Positions 23,456 through 34,081 of a stretch of DNA of 64,000 bases are shown in pieces (within the stretch, counting starts at the first letter, position 1; every line of letters starts with the position of its first letter). The position numbers and the translations under genes are program-made. The notes under the pieces were generated by a model, which had not been told where the DNA came from, ran no database searches, and saw only the letters and a list, made by a program, of their open reading frames with translations. The stretch is from Cladosporium halotolerans (lineage: Eukaryota): NCBI RefSeq assembly GCF_011745625.1, contig NW_027191468.1, positions 434,001-498,000 on the forward strand, given 5' to 3'.

Positions 23456-25336
23456 TCACCGCGTCCTGTCCGGGCTCGCATCGTCACCATCACTACCGCT
23501 CTCCTCATCACTGCTGTGCTCATCGAAGCCGTCCGCCTCCAGCGCCGCGCTGCGGATCCCGATGCTTAACAGAAAGCCAACGAACGAGATACCAGCGAAT
23601 ATGCCGAAAGCCAGCAGCTCGCCCTTCTTCTCGACTTTAGTTGCAGCAGTGAACAGCGCTCCGCTGATAAAAGGCCCAACGGCCCTACCAGCGGCCGAAA
23701 GCGTCTGGGCAAGGCCATTGAGAGTGCCGAGCACGGCGTGCGAGGGCGCTGAGTTCGTGATGAGCAGCAGGGCAGAGGTGAGACCACCGACGGCGGCTAC
23801 GGTCTTGATGATCAAGACTGCGCCAAGTTCGACCCAAAGCCATACACGGCCTACAGTGGTTGTCGGGCCGCGAACACCACCGTGCGAACCGTCCTTGTAC
23901 CCTACCCACGGAATCAAGAGGAAAGCGACGACAAAGCCTGCCAGGCCAGTACGATAGGTGGTCTTGTTGCCGACCTTCTCCCGCAGGCGACCAAATATGC
24001 CGACCTGGAAGATGATAGTCACAATGCCGGCGAATGCGAGTGAGATCCCAATTTCTTCCGGGTTCAGGTCGCGACCAGTAGGCGGCGGAGCCTGCGCAAA
24101 GATGGGGTAGAGGCTGTTGAAAGAGATGTTGGCGAGCTGGAATATGAGGAAGGTGATGAGCAAAATGACTGTGTCACGGTTAAGAACCTCGCGAGCAGTG
24201 AGACGGTTGGACCCGTCGGTCGAGGCGAAGAATGCTGGCGTAGACTCAACGGAAGATTCGTCATCGTCGGAGTAGTCCTCATCTTCAGCGCCGTCGGAGA
24301 TGGTACCGTACTGCTGTCGCCGCTCTTGATGTTGCTTCCGAATCTTGGCACGGCGGAGGTACGTTGGGCGGCGAGAGCTCGTGAACTGCCAGATCCAGGT
24401 AAAGAGTGTGCCGACCCGCTTGCTGAGAGGCGGCAGGTTCTTTGCCTCGTCGAGCGACTCCTCGAGGAAGATCATAGTCAAGACGAGGTCGATGATTAGT
24501 ACAGCCGCTGAAAACAGGTTTGGCGGCAAGTAGGGGTAGGGGTTGTCCTTGTTTGTGAACGGGATTTTCTTGAGCACCAGCAGTCCTCCGACAATTGGAC
24601 CTGTGATACCGCCGAGCCCGTAGATGACAGGCAAGTACGTGAACGCTCTGCTCTGGTTCGAACGATCTGTGATCTCCCCCAGACAAGTGCTGATCACGCC
24701 CTGATTGCCGTTGACCAGACCCATCAATGCCTGCGCAAGCACCGCCTGCCATAGTGTCCGACAGAACCCAAAGCCCACGAAGCACACAGCCGTCAAAAAT
24801 GTCCCCAGCAGCACAATCGGTTTCCTCCCGATGCGATCAGACAGCAGGCCCCAAGCGAAGTTGGTCGCGAACTGCGCCAGCGCGAAGGAACTCGCGATCA
24901 ACCCCACGTATAGCCCAACTTGTCCATCCGACACCTCCGGGAATGTACTCGCCATCTCTGGCAAATACGGACTTATGCTGTTCAACGCCGTCTGTTCCGC
25001 CAGCGCTATCACCGCCAAAATCGCCAACTGTTTCCGGGGCAGTGGTGTCTCGTGGTGTTCGTGGTGTTCAGAGTCATTCTCGCTGGATTCCGAACGCGGA
25101 GGCGAAGGCACTCCCGTCGAGCCATTCTGCGCGGAGCCATTCTGCTTGAAGGATTCTTTCGAAGACCGGTTCCCCAGGTTGCGCGGCGGCGCGGCTGGGA
25201 AGGTGTGGTACTTGAAGGTCGAGGACTGGCGCTGCATCAGGGTTGGCTTGTCCAGCGGGTGGACTTGCGGCCTGGAGGATGTCGTGCGCGCGGCCAGTGG
25301 CCGAGTTTCTTCCCCGGTCGCCGAGCCTGGTCGCAT
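23456..25336 (-). CDS. MFS transporter (DHA1/tetracycline-resistance-like)
   Basis: TPLPRKQLAIL, motif A (WGLLSDRIGRK), about 12 hydrophobic segments and an acidic central loop. First ATG is at 25336 (MRPGSATGEE). Confidence 0.9.
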   Translation of the reverse strand: MRPGSATGEETRPLAARTTSSRPQVHPLDKPTLMQRQSSTFKYHTFPAAPPRNLGNRSSKESFKQNGSAQNGSTGVPSPPRSESSENDSEHHEHHETPLPRKQLAILAVIALAEQTALNSISPYLPEMASTFPEVSDGQVGLYVGLIASSFALAQFATNFAWGLLSDRIGRKPIVLLGTFLTAVCFVGFGFCRTLWQAVLAQALMGLVNGNQGVISTCLGEITDRSNQSRAFTYLPVIYGLGGITGPIVGGLLVLKKIPFTNKDNPYPYLPPNLFSAAVLIIDLVLTMIFLEESLDEAKNLPPLSKRVGTLFTWIWQFTSSRRPTYLRRAKIRKQHQERRQQYGTISDGAEDEDYSDDDESSVESTPAFFASTDGSNRLTAREVLNRDTVILLITFLIFQLANISFNSLYPIFAQAPPPTGRDLNPEEIGISLAFAGIVTIIFQVGIFGRLREKVGNKTTYRTGLAGFVVAFLLIPWVGYKDGSHGGVRGPTTTVGRVWLWVELGAVLIIKTVAAVGGLTSALLLITNSAPSHAVLGTLNGLAQTLSAAGRAVGPFISGALFTAATKVEKKGELLAFGIFAGISFVGFLLSIGIRSAALEADGFDEHSSDEESGSDGDDASPDRTR

Positions 25337-25835
25337 AATAAAGCGGTTTGCTTGTCCGGGTCGAGCCTCTGGGATGAGAGTTCGTTTGTGGTCGGCAGAG
25401 TGTAGCCCGAGTGGGCTGGCGGGCCGGGTCCGGTGCAGAGGCTGCGGACACAACGGGCGATACTGCTGAACCAGAAGGGAAGGTGGGATGGATCTTCTAT
25501 CGGCAAAACGAGGAATGGACTGCTGCAGCGGTGGATGGGTGTTGATCTGCGGTGTCGCGTTTGGGCTAGGAAATCTTCATGGGCGGGCGTACCAATCCAG
25601 CAGTCCAGCCTATCGGGCCAATGACGCAGGGCTCGGCTGGCGGCAGGAGGAGGCAGGTCCCTGCGCTTTGTGTCTCGCATTGCATTCGGGATGTGGACGC
25701 GTCTGAAAGCCGAAAGAGGTCGCGTGCATAATCATGCAATAATAAAATAGAGAAATCCGAGGTATATGTCTTTACTGTCATACAAGATCCGTCCCGTCCC
25801 ATCCATGCGCCCGAAACACCGGCTCATAGCCCGAA

Positions 25836-28811
25836 TTACAGCTCGAAAGTATCACATGCAGGCAAATCCCTCGAGCTGAAGCCCAAGCAGACCTCAAACT
25901 TGCCCTTCGGAAGCACCCAATTCTGGCGCTCAACGTCCCAATAGCTGAGGTCCTTCCTCGACACCTCGAAAAGCATCATTGTCTGTTTTCCGCTGTGGAT
26001 GCGGAACTTGTCGAACCGCCTCAGCACGCGTACAGGCATGTCGACGTGCTTGCCCGACGCAGACTTCACGTCTTGCGGCATGGAGACGTATAGCTGGACG
26101 ACAGCGTCACCAACGACATCGCCAGTGTTCGAGACAGTCGCCTGCAGTTTCACGGCTGGAGTCCAGAGGTCCGGATTACCGCCTTCCTCTCCTCCTGCGG
26201 GAGACAGTTCCTGCGGCTTGTCGTAGCCTTCAGGATACGGGTACCGGCCGTACTTGACGTCCGAGACGGAGTCGATATATGGGTAGATATACTTCTTCAG
26301 CTTCCGCAGCCCCTTAGGCCAGACTGCTTCCTTGGGATCTGGTTTCTTGGTGTCTAGCTTCGGTGGCTCAACGCCCATTGGTCGCGGCGCGGGCTCTGAC
26401 CCGCCGACCAAGCCCTGTACGCCCACAAACATCGAGGAGATGCTGAACGTGGTATAAGAGAGACCATAGCCAAATTCGTATCTTGGGGTGACGTTGTGCT
26501 TGTCGAAGTATCGGTAATCAAAGTATAGGCCTTCCTTGAAGTCTTGCTGAGGCACAATGTTGTTCGGATAGTACAGGATACCAGAGTCGGGCCCGTAGTC
26601 TTTCTCCGCTTTTGCGATAGTGTACGGCAGATGGCCGGACGGGTTCGCATCGCCGAAGAGGACATCAGTCACTGCATTTCCGCTTTCTTGGCCGGGCAGG
26701 TGCGCGATGAGAACACCTTTGACACCAGGAAGGTCTATCCATTTCTCGAGAATGGCCGGTCCGACCGTATGCATGACCACAATCGTATTGGCCGCAGTCC
26801 CGCTGCTGTTAGTTCCTCCACAGTTGGCAGCAACCTTCTGCACGAGAGCGTCGCCGCCCTTTTGTGCATAGAGGTCGTTCCGATCGCCTTTGACGCCATC
26901 CCAGCTAATGAAGCCTTCGCCTGCATCGGAGTTGATGAAAACGATGCACAAATCTTGGTCAGCGGCAATCTTTTGCGTCTGAGGATCAGAGTTGTCGCGG
27001 ACTTCAGACAGATCGATCGTACTGTAATCGAAATTCTTGCGCAAGGCATCGATAGGCGTGACCAGGTATGGCAATTCTACCGCGCCAGATCCCCAGCCCA
27101 TGGTCAACGTACCCTCGTTGCAGCCTCGATCAGCGCAGGCATTGTTGCCTTTGGAGTTGGAGAAGGCGTCTTCTCCGAATACTCCAATCTTAAACTTGCC
27201 GGTGGCGCTGCTGTCAGAATAGTCGCTGCCCTTGCGATGGATGGGAAGAACCTTGCCCTCATTCTTCACCAGAACAATGCCCTCAGTCGCAATTTGGCGA
27301 GCAAGCTTATCGTGATCGCCTCCTTCTTCAGTATTGCGGACCGGCACGAACTTGTTGACGAGACCCTTCTCATCCGAGTTCGGAGATCCTGGGTGCAGCT
27401 GGCCATACTCCTCGTCTGTCCAGCTGCTGAAGTTGGGTCCACCGCCGTCGGAAGGTTTAGGCCAGTTCTTCTTGTCATCTTGACCGAGCTGATACCACGC
27501 CGCTGCAATGCGCAGTACCATATCGTCCAGACGTTCCATTGGAACGCTTGAGTTGAGAACAGCTTTCGTGAGCTCCGCGCCCCACAGAGGCTTGCCGTCC
27601 TGCCATCGCAGACCGTCTCCTGGCATGGACATGTCGAGTCCTGAGAGCGCCGAAGCAACGCCAGATCGCTGCGCAAGCCAGTCTGACTGGACGAAGCCTT
27701 GGAATCCCATTTCATCTTTGAGGATACCGTTGAGGAGCTTGCTGTTCTGGCAAGCGTAGGAATTGTTGACTTGATTGTACGAGCACATGACGGATGCTAC
27801 TCCGGCTCTAATGCTGTCGGCAAACGGCCATGCGTAGACCTCGTGCAGTGTTCGGTCGTCGATATTCGAAGAGATGGCGTTCGGCGTACCCCATTCCCAC
27901 GACTGTCTGAAGTGCTCTTGCTCGTTGCCGACGTAGTGCTTTGCTGTTGCGATCACGCCAGACTCTTGGATACCTTTGATCGTCTCGGCTGCGGCGATAC
28001 CCTGAAGCACAGGATCTGCTCCAAATCCTTCCCAATTTCTCCCGCCAGCGGGTAGTCGACCGAGAGGACCCATGGAGGGTCCGAGCAGGATATGGATTCC
28101 TTTCTTCTTCGCTTCAAATCCATGCGCCTGGCCTCGCTTGTGCATCAATTGCTTGTTCCACGTTGCGCCTACTGTGATACCAGCCGGGAAAGCAGTCGCA
28201 TTGTCCACAAACCGCAGCCCCAGAGGTCCGTCCTGGAGACACAGACTGGGGAACCCCAGCCTGTCAACCGGTCCCGTATTGCCAACGCACATGCCCATGC
28301 TCCACCCCGTGCCAGTCGTGACATTCACCTTCTCGATCAGCGTCATTTGCTCAACCAACTTCGCAGCCTTCTCATAACTCTCCTTCCACCTCTCCACCGT
28401 CCCGCCCGGCGGGCTCGGATACCAAGGCTCGCTCTGCCCATAGCTCGGCACAGCCTCATGATAAACCCACAGCCCGCCCGCACTCAGCAACAGCACAAGC
28501 GTCGCGACGAACAGCAACACCAGCACACACAAAAACCGACTCGGTATCAGCCATCGCTGCCACCCCCCGCGCCGCCACTGCGAGTCCAGCCACGCGAGCG
28601 GCTGCCGCGCGCTCTTATCGGAGTCGAAGACGGACCGCAGCGGCTGCGATGCATCGTCTTTGTACGGCCGGTCGGCGCTCTTGAGGGGGTCGAACTCGTC
28701 GATGACCGAGACTTCGGAGTCCGAGGAGTACCGGTAGGGGCCGTCGAAGGGCTCGCGCGAGGGCGAGACGGGCCGGTCGAGCTCGTAGGATTCGGGGGCC
28801 TTGAAGGGCAT
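25836..28811 (-). CDS. GH3 beta-glucosidase with N-terminal type II membrane anchor (BglE-like)
   Basis: LCLQDGPLG, GGRNWEGF, KHY, SVMCSYN, catalytic SDW, GLDMSMPG, YEFGYGLSYT and a C-terminal Fn3-like domain. A TM segment LCVLVLLFVATLVLLLSAGGLWVY follows a cytosolic N-tail. ATG at 28811. Confidence 0.93.
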   Translation of the reverse strand: MPFKAPESYELDRPVSPSREPFDGPYRYSSDSEVSVIDEFDPLKSADRPYKDDASQPLRSVFDSDKSARQPLAWLDSQWRRGGWQRWLIPSRFLCVLVLLFVATLVLLLSAGGLWVYHEAVPSYGQSEPWYPSPPGGTVERWKESYEKAAKLVEQMTLIEKVNVTTGTGWSMGMCVGNTGPVDRLGFPSLCLQDGPLGLRFVDNATAFPAGITVGATWNKQLMHKRGQAHGFEAKKKGIHILLGPSMGPLGRLPAGGRNWEGFGADPVLQGIAAAETIKGIQESGVIATAKHYVGNEQEHFRQSWEWGTPNAISSNIDDRTLHEVYAWPFADSIRAGVASVMCSYNQVNNSYACQNSKLLNGILKDEMGFQGFVQSDWLAQRSGVASALSGLDMSMPGDGLRWQDGKPLWGAELTKAVLNSSVPMERLDDMVLRIAAAWYQLGQDDKKNWPKPSDGGGPNFSSWTDEEYGQLHPGSPNSDEKGLVNKFVPVRNTEEGGDHDKLARQIATEGIVLVKNEGKVLPIHRKGSDYSDSSATGKFKIGVFGEDAFSNSKGNNACADRGCNEGTLTMGWGSGAVELPYLVTPIDALRKNFDYSTIDLSEVRDNSDPQTQKIAADQDLCIVFINSDAGEGFISWDGVKGDRNDLYAQKGGDALVQKVAANCGGTNSSGTAANTIVVMHTVGPAILEKWIDLPGVKGVLIAHLPGQESGNAVTDVLFGDANPSGHLPYTIAKAEKDYGPDSGILYYPNNIVPQQDFKEGLYFDYRYFDKHNVTPRYEFGYGLSYTTFSISSMFVGVQGLVGGSEPAPRPMGVEPPKLDTKKPDPKEAVWPKGLRKLKKYIYPYIDSVSDVKYGRYPYPEGYDKPQELSPAGGEEGGNPDLWTPAVKLQATVSNTGDVVGDAVVQLYVSMPQDVKSASGKHVDMPVRVLRRFDKFRIHSGKQTMMLFEVSRKDLSYWDVERQNWVLPKGKFEVCLGFSSRDLPACDTFEL

Positions 28812-29238
28812 GTTGGGTGAGGATGGTGAGGCTATTGCATGTCGTGAGAAGGAAGGGAGTCGGGGTGTTGACCGGCTGAAAAAGCAGGCGGTGTGTGTTC
28901 TTCGAGGGTCAGTTGGGTGGTACGGCTCCGTCACCGCGCCCGCGCAGCTGATGGGTATATGTATGGCGTCAAGGGCGAGCTCGCGCCAGGCGTTTGGAGA
29001 TTGAGTTTCGACCCCTGCAGGTCGGCGCCAATCTCCGGGGAAGCAGGAAGCAGGAGAAGGCGAAGCTCATCATTAGTAATAAGAGACACCAGAAATGTTA
29101 TTTCAAGCAAACGTTAAGAGTTACTCATCGGCAGCTGGTTTCGAGATCGAGCATTTGTGCAATATACAAACATGAATGATCGACTGGAAGCCCCACCTTG
29201 TGGAGCCTCTCCTCCGTTGCGTACAGATCCAGCCCACC

Positions 29239-31401
29239 CTACATAACCACAGCAACATGGTCGTCCATGTACTTGCTGATATCTCCCAGAAAGCATGCTG
29301 CAATGATACTGACCGCACCGAAAGCAATGCTCACGTAGTACACGTACTTGTACGCTTCAGCGTAAGCAATCTGTCCTGCACCCACAACCAGCTCGTACGC
29401 TCCAGGCACGCCGGCAATGCCAGGGATCTCGTGCAGATTCTCCAGGAGAGAGGCGCCAGTCAGCTCAATGGCCTCACCGATGAGCTCTGGCGAGGTGATG
29501 TTCAGCTTTGTCGCCATGGCCCCGCCAATGTAGTGCGTCGCGGCGGGCACAAATTTGGAGATGAAAACGTTGTAGCTGGGGCGCGGTCAGTGGATGGCTG
29601 CTGTGAAACGTGGCGAGGGGGAGACTTACTACACGCAGTACCCGACTGAGCCACCGATAACTCGGATGGCCAGGGTAAGTGCCGCGACGGTGGCGATCAG
29701 ATCGTCTGGGCAGATGATCGTTGCTGGGAACTGGTCAGGCCCCATGCTATGAAAGTGACAACCTGACGCTACTTACAGATGATCGAAGCTGGGACCACAA
29801 TGCCTGTACGGAAGTGTCAGTCTGTCGTCTTTGACATTTTGGTGGTTCATGATCACATACCGCCGATGCCCAGTCCAGCAACAATCAGGATGCCCCAGAG
29901 CTGGTAGAGGTTGTCCGTACGAGCAACTGCTAGTGCGCCACAGCCAGCAGTCATCAACACCGATGATACAATGAGCAACTCCTTGTTGTGGCCTCTGAAA
30001 ACAGACAGTAGCCACAGCACAATGCAAGCGCCTGCCAGGATGGAGAATCCAACTGGAATACCTCTGACGCCCACACCGATCGGGTCGTGGCCATATACGT
30101 TCTGGTCGAAATTGGTCAGCAAGGACATTCTCGATCTTTTTTACTTCAGGAACCTTACGAAGGCTTGCGTTGGCCAGAACATGAGAATGGAGAAGAAGTT
30201 GGCTCCGGAGATGAATGTAATGACCAAGGTGAGGGCGAGGATGCGAGGATCCTGCTGCAGGCGCTTCGGGAACATTGGATTCTTTGCACCATAAGCCTCC
30301 CAGAGCACGAATGCCACGATGAGTACGAAGCCAAGAATCAGTGGGACCAGGACGTGTGCTGAGCCCCAGGGGTACTGGTATCTGCGTGAGAGTCAGCCAA
30401 TTGGTGGGTATAAACAGTGTCAATGATGGACATACCCTCCCCATTGCATTCCAGCGAGGAACAAGATCATACCGCTGACCGACAGGAGTCCACCCACGTA
30501 ATCGATCTGCGAGAGTACCTGCTTGCGGCTGAGTCCTTGGGAGTTAACACGCGGTGGGGGAAAGTAGAAGATGGCGGTCATGACAAGACCGATGAAAGCC
30601 CACAAGGCGCAGAAGAGACCAATCCAGCGCCAGGAAGAGTGGTAGGCGATTAGCTGTGCCCACAGGACCGACGGGCAGAAAGGCAAGATGGTGAAGATCA
30701 GGACGGCGACATATTTGCCGCGTTGGCTTGTAGGTGCCAGTTCGGACGTGGCAGCCAGTGCCGTTAGCTCATTAACGCCAGCACCGATGCCTGCGAATAC
30801 CATGCCGCCGATGAAGATGTTCATCGTGTGAGCTGTTGAGCAGATGATCATACCGACCACGATAAAACCCGCTCCAATCAATGCTACCCAGCGACGCCCG
30901 ATCAGGTCGGAAATGGAGCCAACGAATGGACAGACAGCAGCGAGCGAAAGCAAGTTGGCGAGGACGAACCAGATCCAGCGATCGGCTCCGCCAATGTCGC
31001 GGTAGACGTATGGTGGGACACCACCGAAGAGGTATACGGGAATCTGTGATCCGGTCCACACTACCCAGTTCACTGTCAGTCCGTTCACAAAGGTTTGGGA
31101 GGTGACAGCACTCACAGAACGCCATCGCGATCAGACTCATCATACGCTTGAAGGTCATCTTCGGAGCGTGGTCATGATCCGCGTCATCCCCGTAAGTTCG
31201 CAAGCCATTTTTCTCGTAGTAGTTCTCATGTCCAGGCACTCGCTCGTTTGTGTGCACCTGTTCGATGTGTTCCGTCGCTCCTGCAGTCTTTGGCTCCACC
31301 GGAGTCGACGAAGGACTCCCTGCAACTTCGTTCAGGATATGTTTCTGTTGACACGTGCAGTATCTGTGAGAAGCCTCACCTGAGCTGTTACTGGAAACCA
31401 T
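29239..31401 (-). CDS. MFS DHA14-type efflux pump, TRI12 (fungal trichothecene efflux pump)-like; multi-exon
   Basis: Segments WTGSQIPVYLFGG, GSISDLIGRR, TSELAPTSQRG, FYFPPPR, IDYVGGLL and YAEAYKYVYYVSIAFG. Several canonical minus-strand introns, the first with a GTGAGG donor at about 31379. Confidence 0.85.
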
Positions 31402-32251
31402 CACCGCGCGGCCCTTATGACCCTTTTTGAGATGAACAAAAAAGGTGAGCAGAGAACACAGATTGCAGCAATGCTCTTACTGCCCGTGTTGCTTCCGAGA
31501 ATGAGGAAACGATCTGACCTACCGTTACAGAGGCCAGAAACGCAATGTCATATAGTCAATGACCGTCCCGCAGATCATGAACACTCTACGTGCCGAGGCA
31601 TCCGCGCCCATCCATCTCGCTGTTACACAATGGACCGAGGAACAAGACGTGTCACCCCCAAAACGAGCCCTGCACATAGAGCTAGGGCGCGGGGTTAAGC
31701 AAATCATCTTGCACGTGGCTTGCAGATGGAGGCACGCTTGGCTTCACTTAGGCGCGGCTTGTCTGCATGACTTGGATAGGATTCTCAGCCGCCTATCAGA
31801 GGCGAGGAGGCTCTGATAGACTTTTGACCACTCTCCGGGGCGCCAACGGTGTCGTCCTCGAGATTCTAACCTAGGTATGTTTCTCAAGCCTCGTTAGTGT
31901 CTAGACTCAGGTGCTTGGAACGGGAAAGTGCATGTAGAGTCGGACACGCTGAGCCAATCACTGCTATGGGTCGGTCTCTATCGAGGCATCAAGGGAGAAC
32001 GGCAGGACGAGTAAGTCCACACAGTAAGCGTTCAGGTTCTCCGCCCTTGGGTACGAGGAAGAAGGTATCTTAGCTTGTATGCACCCCGCAACGCTTGTGT
32101 TGTTTCCGTGTGGAGAAAGCCTTGGCTAGATTGGGACCGATTCTCCGAACGTTCTCTCACAATCACTTTTCTCATTCCTGCTAAATCATTCAAGCTACAA
32201 ATACATATGACACCACTTAGCCTCGAAAACCAGTCCGCAAATCAAGGCTCG

Positions 32252-33665
32252 TCAGCTTGGGGGCCGAAAGCCCAAAAGGCATGTGCAAGCATTTCCAGCG
32301 TCTTTACTGGAGCAAAAGAACCTGTAATCTGGGGGACACGTGCCTTCGCAGTCCGCGTCCGTGTTGCAAACTTGGCCTGAGAAGTACGATGCATCGCTCT
32401 CGTCCATTCGGCCTGGATCGAGCTCCGCTTCATATTCCGCGTCAGGCAAAGAAGTTTCACCATTACGGTAGATTGTGTAACCGTCCGCTTGACCAGGTGG
32501 CGGGTTTTTCCATGCTGCTGGAGGCTGAGTCGCATCAACACCCCAGCGCGCTTTGACGAAGCACCAGAGCGCGTAGTAGACGTAGTTATCAACATTTTTG
32601 CGTGCCATCAGCATCCCTCCAACGGTCGCCTTGGCCAAATATTTTGCTTTTGCGGCATCGTAAGCCTTTCCCTTAAACCCTTTCCTCCGAATCTTTACAT
32701 CCCCAGCAGGGGGTCTTGTCAGACCGGCGCGATCTTCTATCTGGTCGAATCCTGTGTGTAACATCTCATGTAGAAACGTTGACCCTAAGAACGAGTCAGG
32801 TTCTAGTGTATCCTCCCAGAGTTCGCGGTGTAGTTCGCGGTGTACTGACGAACGTACCTTGAGTTTTCAGGCTCAGCAGATTGTCGCGACGATAAACTGT
32901 GTTCGGGTCATCCATCCGAGTAACCTTTTCCCTGAATGGAATCAAGTCCTCAAACCAATTGTCACAAAGGACGATGGTGTCGTAAGTGTTACCGACTTAC
33001 TTTTTTGAGACAGTATGCGCATGCGGATTACCACCATCTGAGCCGCGTCTGCAACCGTGACCTTCCGCATTAAGCAGATCATTGGCGTTATGGCATCTCA
33101 CTTCGTAGTATCTTGAAGAGCCAAGCTGTCAGTTCGAACATGCCAGTTTGAGCACGACATGTTTCCGATACTCACCGAGCGTTGAATATATCGCCCAACC
33201 ACCATTGATCCTTGATGCCTCGCATCCGCCTCAGGCTCGCTGAGCTTGTTTGTTAGTGAACACAAATGCAATCTAAGGGTACCATAACTCTATCTCACCT
33301 GTGATTGCCATCCAAGGTTTAGGGTCGTACTCTCCCCACCAAACTTTATTGTGCCATAACTTGGGATCGATCTTATCGACATCGCCAACTGTAGGCGCGA
33401 CAGCTGCAGCGATTTCGATAGCGTCTGCAAACGCTTGATTCACGGCTTTGCGATCTTCTTTACTCTTACAGCCGACGAGTCCGACAATGCGTAACAAGTT
33501 GTTGGAATCTATCTCTTCGGATTTGGTGATGTTTGTCGAATTCATCTGCTTGAGCGTGTAGTCTTCCTGTATCGCGCCGATAGTGCCAGCCTGGCTCGGC
33601 ATAGAGGCCAGCACGATGAGGGTAATGAAGGTAGTCAAGTACATCATGAAGGATTTTGAAGCCAT
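32252..33665 (-). CDS. Secreted M35/aspzincin-like zinc metalloprotease with a Cys-rich C-tail; in-frame TAA at 32999-32997 (possible pseudogene or intronised segment)
   Basis: Signal peptide (MASKSFMMYLTTFITLIVLA). Exons 33665-33299, 33239-33176, 33111-32858 and 32784-32252 give ...TIVLCDNWF...LKTQGSTFLHEMLH...KAY...NVDNYVYYAL and the tail CNTDADCEGTC...C...CTC. Confidence 0.7.
32821..32844. repeat. Exact 12-bp tandem duplication (GTTCGCGGTGTA x2) inside an intron of the metalloprotease gene
   Basis: Seen directly in the sequence. Confidence 0.9.
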
Positions 33666-34081
33666 GTTGCTTTGGGTACTCCCGTCAAATCTGGTATATT
33701 GTAGACAAGCACTCATATTCTGGCACTCCTAGATTAGAAGATATTTATATAGGGGTAAAAATCCATATGCTCTACAGTGACTAGGTAAGCGATAGGCACT
33801 GCAGTATCACAATGTTTGTCGCGCCAGCTGACGGTGCGGCAATGACATTGTCAATACCATATCTATAGTGAATAAACGTCTCGATGACCTTGGAGACTCG
33901 AGATTGACGGACGCATGGCAGTGCTCAGTGAATGGCGTACCACAACATCGCAAAGCTCGCTGGTTGCTATTGTAGGCGACCTCACAGCAGTCGCTACGTC
34001 AAACGCGGAGGCTCTCTCCATTCTCCAACCTCTTCCTCCCCATCGGACAACACGCAACCTTGAAGTCTTACGTTGACCACC

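Noticed and set aside
23456..31401. Secondary-metabolite gene cluster (two MFS pumps, one TRI12-like, plus GH3)
   Set aside because: No PKS, NRPS, terpene synthase or tailoring enzymes in the window. The neighbours are housekeeping genes.
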